From: Thermodesulfobacteriota bacterium
GTDB lineage: Bacteria; Desulfobacterota_D; UBA1144; Nemesobacterales; Nemesobacteraceae
Direction: 5' to 3'
Assembly: GCA_965202785.1 (NCBI GenBank)
Contig: OZ241855.1
Location: 736,001 to 800,000 of the forward strand
Length of the DNA: 64,000 nt
A program made the translations under genes and the position numbers. Shown here one piece after another: positions 30,179-39,014 of the stretch (the stretch's first letter is position 1; each line of letters starts with the position of its first letter). Below the pieces are notes generated by a model. That model was given only the letters and a program-made list of their open reading frames with translations. It was not told the origin of the DNA and searched no databases.

Positions 30179-30183
30179 TTCCC
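30065..30183 (+). ncRNA. Putative TnpB omega-RNA (scaffold plus possible guide); boundaries approximate
   Basis: Stems TGCGGG/CCCGCA (30073-30095) and TGGTCG/CGGCCA (30096-30142) enclosing AGTCAGAA/TTCTGACT, then GTGTCAA; overlaps the tnpB 3' end as expected. Confidence 0.6.
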
Positions 30184-30188
30184 TTTAG

Positions 30189-31481
30189 ATGAACCAAAGA
30201 ACCGCAGCTGTCCTGTCAGCCGTTTTCCTGCTCTTTTTCTACCTTTCCTGTGAAAGACCCCCGGAGATTCCGAGCCCCGAGTCCATGCGGGAGGTTCCCG
30301 CGTTCCCCGAGATGGACGACGACCTTTTCCCTGAGGGACTGAAGGAATCCATCGGCGCAAGCGTCGAGAAACTTTCGCAGAAAAAGGATTCCCAGCTTGT
30401 TTTCGGACAGAAAACCGTCTCCGCAGGGGACTACGCGCTCGCACTCGGTTATCTTCTCGCCAAGCTTGAAGCGGGCGTTACCAAGGATGATTTCATAAAG
30501 GACGTAAGGGAAAATTTCGATTTCTACGGCTTTCCGGGAAAACCCTGGGGCAAGGTTTTTATAACATCTTACTTTTCTCCGGTGCTTTCCGCTTCCCGAA
30601 CCAGGACACCGCAGCATACCCAGCCGCTATACGGGGTTCCCGCCGACCTGGTGCGCCTGAGGATAGACAGGTTCGTCGAGCGATTCGAGAGATTTTCGTT
30701 TCTTGAGGACGACAAGATCGCCCGGGGAAAGCTTCAGTCCCTTTACGGCAGAGTCGCCTCCGGAGGCCCTGGCAGGACGTCGGAGCTGGTTCCCTATTAT
30801 TCTCGAAGCGAGATAGACTCCGGGGGAAGGCTCAGGGGGAAAAGGCTTGAGATCGCGTGGGTAGACCCTGTTGATGCGTTTTTTCTTCAGGTTCAGGGCT
30901 CGGGTAAAATAAGGTTTGCGGACGGAGAAGAGCGGGTCGTGGGCTACGCCGCCCAGAACGGACACGATTACGTGGCGATAGGGAAATTTCTCTTCGAGTG
31001 GATTCCGAAGGAAAAAATGAGCCTTTGGGCCATAGAAAGCCACCTGAGATCCCTCTCCTACGCGGAGAGGATGAAGATTCTTTACAAAAACCCTAGTTAC
31101 ATTTTCTTCCGCGGACTTGCGGGCAAGCCGGAAACTTCTTTCGGAACGGAAGTCGTCGACGGCAGGACTGTAGCGACCGACAAGGCTTTTTTCCCCAGGG
31201 GGGCGCTGGCGTTCATGGAGTTTGAGAGACCGGTTTTCGAAACTCCCTCTTCAGTTGAGCCGTCGCAGTGGGAACCGGTTTCCCGCTTTGTCGTTAACCA
31301 CGACAGCGGCGGAGCCATAAAAGGGGCCCGGCGCGTCGACCTTTTCTGGGGGGAGGGAAAAGACGCCTCCCGGCACGCGGGTGTGATGAAAAACTGGGGA
31401 AAGTTCTTCTATCTGGTGCCGAAGGGGGAATTCCTGACGGTGCTTAGGGCAAAAAACGGCGGCCAGGGCCAAGGAGGATGA
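30189..31481 (+). CDS. mltA: Membrane-bound lytic murein transglycosylase A
   Basis: Lipobox LSC, ITSYFSP, FFLQVQGSG, NPSYIFF, TVATD, DSGGAIKGARRVDLFWG. Confidence 0.92.
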   Translation: MNQRTAAVLSAVFLLFFYLSCERPPEIPSPESMREVPAFPEMDDDLFPEGLKESIGASVEKLSQKKDSQLVFGQKTVSAGDYALALGYLLAKLEAGVTKDDFIKDVRENFDFYGFPGKPWGKVFITSYFSPVLSASRTRTPQHTQPLYGVPADLVRLRIDRFVERFERFSFLEDDKIARGKLQSLYGRVASGGPGRTSELVPYYSRSEIDSGGRLRGKRLEIAWVDPVDAFFLQVQGSGKIRFADGEERVVGYAAQNGHDYVAIGKFLFEWIPKEKMSLWAIESHLRSLSYAERMKILYKNPSYIFFRGLAGKPETSFGTEVVDGRTVATDKAFFPRGALAFMEFERPVFETPSSVEPSQWEPVSRFVVNHDSGGAIKGARRVDLFWGEGKDASRHAGVMKNWGKFFYLVPKGEFLTVLRAKNGGQGQGG

Positions 31482-31482
31482 G

Positions 31483-32418
31483 ATGACCGACGAAAAAACA
31501 CTTGCATGCTCCCAGATGTCTTCCCAGAGCGGAGAACATCTCTACGGAACCGCTCTTGAGGTGAAAAACTGGTTTTTGCTTGAGTACTCCGGAGTATGGA
31601 AAAGGGATGCTTTTCCGGAAAGTGCGCTGCCGGAGGAGGTAAAGGAGCATCTTGGAGGCTTTCTCTCGTCTTTTGAGGAATCCAGGATTCAGCTGATAGG
31701 GGGGCCGGGCCCAAGCAAGGGAAACCCCGCTTTTTACTACGCGCACTCCTCTGAGTTTTCCCCGAAACTCTACAGGTTCGAGATAGAAACATACGAAGAC
31801 CTCCTCTCGATAGACCTCCCCGAGCTTGTCCGCACCGGGGAGATAGAGAAATTCTCCTGCGAAGAAACGCTCGTTCTGGTCTGCACCCATGGAGCCCGCG
31901 ACGGATGCTGCGCGGTCACAGGGGCTGAAGTTTACAGGGAGCTTCTAAAAAAAGAGGGGATTTCCGCGTGGAGAACCACCCACGTCGGGGGCCACCGCTT
32001 CGCCGCCAACATGATCATGCTTCCCGAGGGGATATATTACGGGAGGGTAAACGGCGGAAATCTCGATGATGTCGTTTCCTCTCACCTTCGCGGCGAGATA
32101 TTTCTTGACTGCTACAGGGGGAGGTCGTGTTATTCCCAGACTTCGCAGGTTTCCGACTATTTTCTGAGAAGGGAGATAGAAAAACTCGGCATTTACGATA
32201 TAAGATGGGAATTCGAAAAAGACAACGAGGATTATACCGCGGTCGAGTTCGGGGTCGAAGGAGAAACCACGGTTTACGCCATAGGCACGGTGGTTATGAA
32301 CCATAGCGTAAAGCTCCGGACGAGCTGCGATTCACAGGAAGTAAAGGGCATGCCTCAGTTCTTTTTCTACAGCATCGTACCCTACGAGCCTCAGAAGAAG
32401 GAAGAAGAGGATTCCTGA
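31483..32418 (+). CDS. Sucrase/ferredoxin-like (thioredoxin-fold 2Fe-2S) protein
   Basis: LVCTHGARDGCCA, WRTTHVGGHRFAAN, YYGRV, YRGRS. Confidence 0.88.
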   Translation: MTDEKTLACSQMSSQSGEHLYGTALEVKNWFLLEYSGVWKRDAFPESALPEEVKEHLGGFLSSFEESRIQLIGGPGPSKGNPAFYYAHSSEFSPKLYRFEIETYEDLLSIDLPELVRTGEIEKFSCEETLVLVCTHGARDGCCAVTGAEVYRELLKKEGISAWRTTHVGGHRFAANMIMLPEGIYYGRVNGGNLDDVVSSHLRGEIFLDCYRGRSCYSQTSQVSDYFLRREIEKLGIYDIRWEFEKDNEDYTAVEFGVEGETTVYAIGTVVMNHSVKLRTSCDSQEVKGMPQFFFYSIVPYEPQKKEEEDS

Positions 32419-32426
32419 TCGCCCGC

Positions 32427-33380
32427 CTAGGGCGAAGCGCGCCGCCGTCCCAGAGATTCTGTGAAATCAAGAATTTCCTGCGAAAGACGCATAGAGCTTT
32501 CCTCGTCGGGGATTAGAGTGTCCGTGACGAAAACACTTACTCCCAGGGCTTCTATGGCTGCCGCCTCTCCCGCATCCGAGCGGTCAATAACGAGCACGTC
32601 CAGAAAATCGGCGTAAAGCCTGGCCACCTGGGTAGAAGAAGCCTCCATTCCAAGTCCCCTCATGAGCTTGTCTGCCGGACCCTTAAGGGGTTTTCCGCGC
32701 ATAAGGGGACTTACGGCAACCTTGAGTCCCGGCGCGCCGACCAGCCTTTCTCTCACTTCCTTTATCTCGAGTATGGGACCTATGCTGATTATCGGGTTGC
32801 TCGGGCATATGATTACAAGGTCGGCGCCATCTATCGAGTCAAGAACCAGCGGGGCCGGAGACGCCTCGCGCGCCCCTTTTATCTTGACTCCGCGCACCTC
32901 GGGACGCATCGCGTGCTTTATGTAGTATTCCTGGAAGTGCATCTCGCCCGCGTCCGTCTCTATCCATGTCTCGACCCTGTCGTCGCTCATGGGCAGTATG
33001 CGCAGTTCCCCGAGGCCGAAGCGTTGCGCTATCTTCGAAGTGGATTCGCTGAGGGTCCCGCCCCCGTCGGTAACGGCTTTTCTGAACAGGTGAGTGGCGA
33101 GATCCCTGTCCCCGAGCCCGAACCACGTCGGAAAACCGAACCTCGCGGCGGCTCCCAGGAACTCGAACGTGTCGCCTCGGAGCCCCCACCCTTTTTTTTC
33201 GTCTATGCTTCCCGAAAGCCTGTAGATTATGGTGTCTATGTCCGGAGAAACCCTCATTCCGTAAAGATCCATGTCGTCCGCAGTGTTCACTATTACGGTG
33301 AGTTCCGACGGGGGAATTATCCCCGTGAGTCCTTTAAGGAATTTCGCGGCTCCGCTTCCGCCGCCAAGTGCCGTTATCAT
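32427..33380 (-). CDS. cofD: 2-phospho-L-lactate transferase (F420 biosynthesis)
   Basis: LGGGSGAAKFL, NTADD..SPDIDT, WFGLGDRDLATH, HFQEY, PSNPIISIGPIL, KGPADKLM. ATG at 33380. Confidence 0.92.
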   Translation of the reverse strand: MITALGGGSGAAKFLKGLTGIIPPSELTVIVNTADDMDLYGMRVSPDIDTIIYRLSGSIDEKKGWGLRGDTFEFLGAAARFGFPTWFGLGDRDLATHLFRKAVTDGGGTLSESTSKIAQRFGLGELRILPMSDDRVETWIETDAGEMHFQEYYIKHAMRPEVRGVKIKGAREASPAPLVLDSIDGADLVIICPSNPIISIGPILEIKEVRERLVGAPGLKVAVSPLMRGKPLKGPADKLMRGLGMEASSTQVARLYADFLDVLVIDRSDAGEAAAIEALGVSVFVTDTLIPDEESSMRLSQEILDFTESLGRRRASP

Positions 33381-33530
33381 CTGAGTTTCTCCGTGCCCCG
33401 GATATTTCACCTGTAAGCTATTTAAGCCCCTTATCCGTGTCAAGCCGGGAACTGCGCGGCCCCCTGCGGCGGCTTGAAAGTTAGTACCGGCTCATATAGA
33501 GTTTAGTTCGTCTTTTCAAGGAAAACCCCG

Positions 33531-35120
33531 TTGGCATTCGATATCATAAAAGACAAGCGGAGCCTTCTCACTAAGGCCCTACTTCTGCTGCTCGCCCTTA
33601 CTTTCGTTATCGGTTTCGGATACGTTGGGGGAATAAGCATAGGAGGGAGAGGTCCCAGCGGCGGAGTTGCGGTTGAGGTCAACGGGGACAAGGTTTCCCT
33701 CGCGGAGTTCTATAACCTCAGGGATTCGATGCTTGACCGCCTGCGCCGCAGCGACCAGCAGATCTCGGACGAGCTTTACGAATACGTGAATTTTTCCGTG
33801 ATCGACTCGCTGGTTAACAAGAAGCTGCTCGCCCAGAAGGCCGAAGAACTGGGAATCAGGGTAAGCCAGGAGGAGCTTTCAGACGCAATAAGAAACGACC
33901 CGGGTTTCCAGGTGGACGACGCTTTCGTGGGGTTTGAGCGCTACCGGGACTTTATTTCAAGGGGACTTAACCGCACCGTGAAGGATTTCGAGGACTCCTA
34001 CAGGGAGGATCTTCTTGTGGCCAAGCTCGTTTCGGTCCTTGACAGTTCCGTAACGGCGAGCGAAGAGGAACTTTTAAGCATCTACAGGGCGCGCGAGGAG
34101 AAAATCGATCTTCACTACGTCTCGTTTGCGGCACGGGATTACCTTGAAGGCCAAAAACCGGGCGAAGAGGAAATCGCACGGTATTACAGAAAAAACACCG
34201 ATCTTTTCTGGGAACCTGAGAAACGCGTGGCGCGCTACGTGAAACTCGCTCCCGGGGATTTCACCGAGGATGCCGAGGTTTCCGACGAGGAAATCGAGGC
34301 CTACTACACGACTTACCCGGAGGAATTTCTTTCCGAAGGGACCCCGAAACCGTTTGACGACGTAAAGGGGGATATAAAAAAGCAGCTCGTGGATGGCAAG
34401 TCCAAGCTTCTCTACGACCAGTTCCTTGAGGAGTTCCTCCAGAAACGCTCCTTCTCGGACCTTCTTTCCGAAAAAAGCTCGCTTGAGGTGAAAGAAACCG
34501 CGGAGTTTGCCCTCGGAGGCGTGAGCGGAGACGTTCCCGGCGCCGTAAGAAGAGAGGCTTTTTCGGTGAAGAAAAAGAGGCTTTCAAGCGTGGTGCTTCG
34601 GGATTTCACCTGGTTTTTCGAGGTAACCAGGGTCAAGTCCTCAAAGCGGTCGGGAATTGAGCCCGCGCGCGGGGAGATTATAGAGGCGCTGAAAAGGGAA
34701 AAGGCCGTTGATCGGGCCAGAGAATCCGCCGGGGGCAGTCTCGCGAAAATAACCGCCTCTGGCAAAGGTTTCTCCGGGGCAGCCAAGTCCCTGGGTCTTT
34801 CGGTGGAGCGCACCGGTTTTTTCTCACGGTCCGAGGATCCCCTGGAAGTCGAATCCGGGGATTTCATCTCAGATGTCTTCGGCCTTAGAAGCAACCGTTC
34901 TACCCCCAATCGTGTCTACAAGTCGGGGGAGACTTTCTACATAGTGTCGCTTGCGAAGACAAAGCCCGCCGACAGCGGGTACTTCGGGAACGAGAGGGAT
35001 TCTCTTAGGCGCCAGGAGGTTTCGTTGCGAAAAATGCTTGTGATCGAACGCCTGCTTGAGAGCCTCAGAGAAAGCTCCAAGATCTCGCCCAACAAGAACC
35101 TTCTTTCCCAGGGAGGATAA
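33531..35120 (+). CDS. SurA-N/PpiD-like periplasmic chaperone
   Basis: N-terminal TM anchor, VEVNGDKVS, LLAQKAEELGIRVS..IRNDPGFQ; degenerate rotamase region. Confidence 0.82.
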   Translation: MAFDIIKDKRSLLTKALLLLLALTFVIGFGYVGGISIGGRGPSGGVAVEVNGDKVSLAEFYNLRDSMLDRLRRSDQQISDELYEYVNFSVIDSLVNKKLLAQKAEELGIRVSQEELSDAIRNDPGFQVDDAFVGFERYRDFISRGLNRTVKDFEDSYREDLLVAKLVSVLDSSVTASEEELLSIYRAREEKIDLHYVSFAARDYLEGQKPGEEEIARYYRKNTDLFWEPEKRVARYVKLAPGDFTEDAEVSDEEIEAYYTTYPEEFLSEGTPKPFDDVKGDIKKQLVDGKSKLLYDQFLEEFLQKRSFSDLLSEKSSLEVKETAEFALGGVSGDVPGAVRREAFSVKKKRLSSVVLRDFTWFFEVTRVKSSKRSGIEPARGEIIEALKREKAVDRARESAGGSLAKITASGKGFSGAAKSLGLSVERTGFFSRSEDPLEVESGDFISDVFGLRSNRSTPNRVYKSGETFYIVSLAKTKPADSGYFGNERDSLRRQEVSLRKMLVIERLLESLRESSKISPNKNLLSQGG

Positions 35121-35374
35121 CTTTCCGCCCGGAAAGTTGAAAAACCACTTCATCTTGTGGTATAATTTAAATTGACCGGAAGGCCTTGATCGATAAGGGA
35201 TCTTTTTCACGTACCGCCGAAGAGTTATCCCGGCGGCTTTCTTCAGGATTCTGGCCCCTTCAGGACTTCTATATATAGATGCGGGAGTTTTAACTTTCCC
35301 GGCCACGGCGAGGGTTTTGCGTGAAACGGGCGGCGGCGCGCGTGGACGCAACGATGCCGGGCCGCGGTTCTCCC

Positions 35375-38300
35375 ATGAGAATTAAAGCACTTGAAATAGC
35401 AGGTTTTAAATCTTTTTACCTGAAGACGAGAATAGACTTCTCCGAGGGCATAACCGCGATAGTCGGTCCCAACGGCTGCGGAAAATCCAATATTCTCGAC
35501 GCCATCAGGTGGGTAATCGGCGAACACAACCCGAGACAGCTGCGCGCGGGGGGGATGGAAGACGTTATCTCCAACGGGAGCGCCGAGCTCAAGCCCCTGG
35601 GCATGGCCGACGTGTCCATGGTCCTCGAGGAGGTCGAGGGCTTCGGTTTCGAGGAAGTCAGGATCCGGAGGAAACTTTACCGCTCGGGAGAGAGCGAATA
35701 CAGCATAAACGGGGTCAAGTGCCGCCTCAAGGACATAACCGAGATGCTTCTTGACACCGGAGTGGGCGCGAGGGCCTATTCGATCGTCGAGCAGGGCCAG
35801 GTCGAGTCCTTCATAATGTCGAAGCCCGAGGAGAAAAGAAAATTCATAGAGGAAGTCGCGGGGATCGAGAAGTACAAGCTCAGAAGAAAGGAAACCCGAA
35901 GCAGGATAGAGTCGACGAGGGAGAACCTCTCCCGCGTTCTTGACATGAAGCGCGAGGTCTCGGACCGCATTGAGGCCGTGGCGCTTCAGGCAAAGCGCGC
36001 TAGGCAGTACGAGGAGCTTACCGGGCGGGCCCGCTCGCTTGAATTTGATGTTCTCTCGGCCAAGCTCTCAGGCTCGCAGCAGCGCAAAGAAGCGCTTGTT
36101 GAAAAAAAGCTCGGGGCGGAGCAGTTCGTCCGCTCAGCCGACGCCGAGCTGGAGCAAAAGCGCGGACTGCTTCAAGAGGCGAGGGAGAAAAACTCCGTTT
36201 CAGGCCAGGATCTGGGTTCCCTTGAGAAGGAGATCTACGAGCTTCGGGCGCAGAAAAGGGAAAACGAGTACCGCAGGTCGTCGATCGAACGGGAGACCGC
36301 CGGTATTTCAAGCTACGTAAGGAACATTGAAGCCGAGATAGAGAGCCTCGGGCGCGAAGTCTCGGAGATGGAGGAGAAAAGCAGCCGCGCGGGGCGCCAG
36401 TCAGAGGAACTTAAAAACACGCGTCTTTCGGCTTCCGAGGAGATTTCGCACGAGGAACAGAACCTTGTGACCTTAAAAAGCGAATGGGAGCGGAGCAAAA
36501 AGGAACTCGAGGAAACTGCGGAGCTGGTCTCTGAAGTGATGACCAGAAGAAGCTCGCTTGGAAGCACCATAGGCGCTTTCTCAAAGGAGCTTGAGGAGCT
36601 TGCGGAGAAAAAAGAGGTACTTGAGGGGGAGGCTTCCGCCTTGGGACTTGAAAAACTCGAGTGCGAGAGAAGGCTTGCCTCGCTTCGCAGCCGGGAAGGG
36701 GAAATAAAAGACGAATTCACCTCGGCCACCAGAGAAAAAGAAGAGATCGATTCGCGTCTTTACGACCTTAGGGTCGAGCACGAGAAGAAACTCGGCGAAC
36801 TGAGAGGTCTTGAAGGCAGAAAAAAAGACTGCGTCTCCAGAGTGGAGGCCCTTAACAAAATACAGAGCAACTACGAATGGCTTCCCGACGCCACGCGCAA
36901 GTTCGTGCTCGAGCGCAAGCAAAGGGGCGTGCTGGGGGTCGTTTCCGATTTCGTTTCCGTTCCGAGAAACTACGAAAGAGCGGTCGAGGCAGCCTTCGGG
37001 GAAAAACTCAACTGGATAGTTGTCGAAGGGAGTACGGAGGCGGTCGCCGCGGTTGAGCTTCTAAGGGAGTTTGACGCGGGAAGGGGAACCTTCATACCGG
37101 CAACCGACCAGTTCGCGGCAAACGGTTCAGAGAACGGAAACGGCAGGGCCAACGGACACGGCAAGCCGGATGCCACCTCCCTTAACAGCCTCCTTGACGT
37201 GAAAGTGATAGAGAAGAGCCTTGTTGACTCGATGCTGCAGGAAGTTTACGTCGCTTCCGATCTGAGGGAAGCCATCAGGCTTAAGAGCCGGACGGGAAAC
37301 GGTGCGTGCTTTGCCACTCTGGAGGGAGACTACGTCGATTCCCAAGGGGCTGTGACGGGCGGAAAATCCCTGGCAGGTGTGTTTGAGAGAAAAAGGGAAA
37401 TCGAGGAGCTTGAGGGGCAGACACAGACCCTTTTGGCCAACATAGAGAAACTCGAGTCCGCCTGCAGGGCGCTTAAAGAGGAGATGGATGCGCTTGCGGG
37501 CCGCCGGACGCAGGTCGAGGAACTTCTTCGGCGCTGCGAGATAAACTCGGTTGAGAACGCAAAAGACCGCTCGAACGCGGAGACCAGGATTGAAGAGCTG
37601 GGAACGAGAATCGCGAGCCTCGAGGTGCAGCGCGACGAACTTGAGGGCAAGCTCGGGAGCAAGAACCGCACCGTCGAGGAAATGGAACTGCTCATAGGGC
37701 AGCTTGACGGCCAGAGAGGCGAGCTTGAGTCAAGATACGGGGAAATCGAAAAGCGGGCTCTTGGGTTTGCGGAGGAGGAAAAAGCGCTTCAGGAGAGGAT
37801 AACGAAACTCAGGATAGAGAACGCCGGGGTTCTTGAAAGGGAAAAGGCTCTTGAGCACGAGATATCGGAAGCCGAGAGAATAAAGGCGGTTATAAACGAG
37901 AAGCTTTCGCTCAGAAGAAAGGATGGAGAGCTTAAAAAACAGGAGGCCGAAGCGCTTGCCCTGTCGGGACGCCAGGCGGAAGAGGAGTTTGAGAAGATCT
38001 GCCGCGACCTCGACTTAAGAGAGGAGTCCTTCGGGGAACTCAGGGAAAGGGTGTCGCGCTACGCGGAGGAACTCCGCGGAAGCGAAGAGGAATTCGAAGC
38101 CGCCTCACAAGAACTTTCCTCGCGAAGAGAGCAGCTTGCCTCGGCCCAGGCGCGGCTTGAACGCGCGGAGGACGAGTTTGAGTATCTGAGCGAACGGTAC
38201 GCAGAGACGTTCGGCGATGATCCCCCCGATACCTCGCAAAGCCAAAATCTCTCCCATGTTTCGATACCCGATGCGGAAAGGGAGCTTAAGACGCTTCGGC

Positions 38301-38911
38301 GGCGCGTAGAGAATTTCGGTCCCGTGAACCTGCTTGCGCCCGAGGAATACGAGCAGCTTGAGGAGAGAAACGTGTTTCTCCAGCGCCAGACCGATGACCT
38401 CGCCCGGGCGCTTGATTACTTGGAAGGCGCCATAAGGAAACTCGACAGGGAGTCGGTTTCAAGGTTCCGGGAGGCGTTTGAAACCGTAAACGGGAAATTC
38501 AGCGAAACCTTCTGCAAGCTTTTCGAAAACGGAGAGGCTCGCCTTGAGCTTATAGACCCCAGGAACCTGCTTGAAACCGGAGTGGAGGTCATGATAAGGC
38601 CCGGAGGAAAGCGGTTCCAGCCGATAAACTTGCTCTCGGGAGGGGAAAAGGCGCTTTCGGCCATAGCGGTCATAATCTCCGCGTGCCTGGTAAAGCCCGT
38701 TCCCTTTGTGTTCCTGGATGAAATAGACGCCGCGCTTGACGAAGTGAACACGGTGAGGTTCAACAAGATCCTGAGCGAGATATCGGCCCATTCCCAGGTG
38801 GCCGTCATCACGCATAACAGAAAAACCATGCACGAGGCTGACGCGCTTATAGGAATAACCACAGACGGTACCGCCGCTTCTAGGGTCGTAAGCGTGAAGC
38901 TTGACGCCTGA
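35375..38911 (+). CDS. smc: Chromosome segregation protein SMC
   Basis: GFKSF, GPNGCGKSN, coiled coils, hinge GRGTFIP, LSGGEK, LDEIDAALD. ATG at 35375. Confidence 0.96.
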   Translation: MRIKALEIAGFKSFYLKTRIDFSEGITAIVGPNGCGKSNILDAIRWVIGEHNPRQLRAGGMEDVISNGSAELKPLGMADVSMVLEEVEGFGFEEVRIRRKLYRSGESEYSINGVKCRLKDITEMLLDTGVGARAYSIVEQGQVESFIMSKPEEKRKFIEEVAGIEKYKLRRKETRSRIESTRENLSRVLDMKREVSDRIEAVALQAKRARQYEELTGRARSLEFDVLSAKLSGSQQRKEALVEKKLGAEQFVRSADAELEQKRGLLQEAREKNSVSGQDLGSLEKEIYELRAQKRENEYRRSSIERETAGISSYVRNIEAEIESLGREVSEMEEKSSRAGRQSEELKNTRLSASEEISHEEQNLVTLKSEWERSKKELEETAELVSEVMTRRSSLGSTIGAFSKELEELAEKKEVLEGEASALGLEKLECERRLASLRSREGEIKDEFTSATREKEEIDSRLYDLRVEHEKKLGELRGLEGRKKDCVSRVEALNKIQSNYEWLPDATRKFVLERKQRGVLGVVSDFVSVPRNYERAVEAAFGEKLNWIVVEGSTEAVAAVELLREFDAGRGTFIPATDQFAANGSENGNGRANGHGKPDATSLNSLLDVKVIEKSLVDSMLQEVYVASDLREAIRLKSRTGNGACFATLEGDYVDSQGAVTGGKSLAGVFERKREIEELEGQTQTLLANIEKLESACRALKEEMDALAGRRTQVEELLRRCEINSVENAKDRSNAETRIEELGTRIASLEVQRDELEGKLGSKNRTVEEMELLIGQLDGQRGELESRYGEIEKRALGFAEEEKALQERITKLRIENAGVLEREKALEHEISEAERIKAVINEKLSLRRKDGELKKQEAEALALSGRQAEEEFEKICRDLDLREESFGELRERVSRYAEELRGSEEEFEAASQELSSRREQLASAQARLERAEDEFEYLSERYAETFGDDPPDTSQSQNLSHVSIPDAERELKTLRRRVENFGPVNLLAPEEYEQLEERNVFLQRQTDDLARALDYLEGAIRKLDRESVSRFREAFETVNGKFSETFCKLFENGEARLELIDPRNLLETGVEVMIRPGGKRFQPINLLSGGEKALSAIAVIISACLVKPVPFVFLDEIDAALDEVNTVRFNKILSEISAHSQVAVITHNRKTMHEADALIGITTDGTAASRVVSVKLDA

Positions 38912-39014
38912 AGCCAGAAATTCCTTGTCTATTTCCCACGGATTATTAGACTGTTTTAGGAGAGCTGTTCCCGAGCATTGCGGGAACCGTTAGCAAAGGA
39001 GACCGCTTCGGCGC

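Larger units (their letters stand above)
28924..30183 (+). mobile_element. tnpB-only element bounded by 23-bp terminal inverted repeats
   Basis: GGGATTTATGTATTTAAGTTGAC (28924-28946) versus GTCAACTTAAATACATAATTCCC (30161-30183): 22/23 complementary. No tnpA and no target-site duplication visible. Confidence 0.8.

Noticed and set aside
28916-30191. Target-site duplication around the tnpB element
   Set aside because: The 8-bp flanks TATTTTTC and TTTAGATG do not match in any register I tried.
37115-37170. Asn/Gly-rich insert in the SMC hinge region
   Set aside because: Short low-complexity loop with no intein or repeat-element hallmarks.
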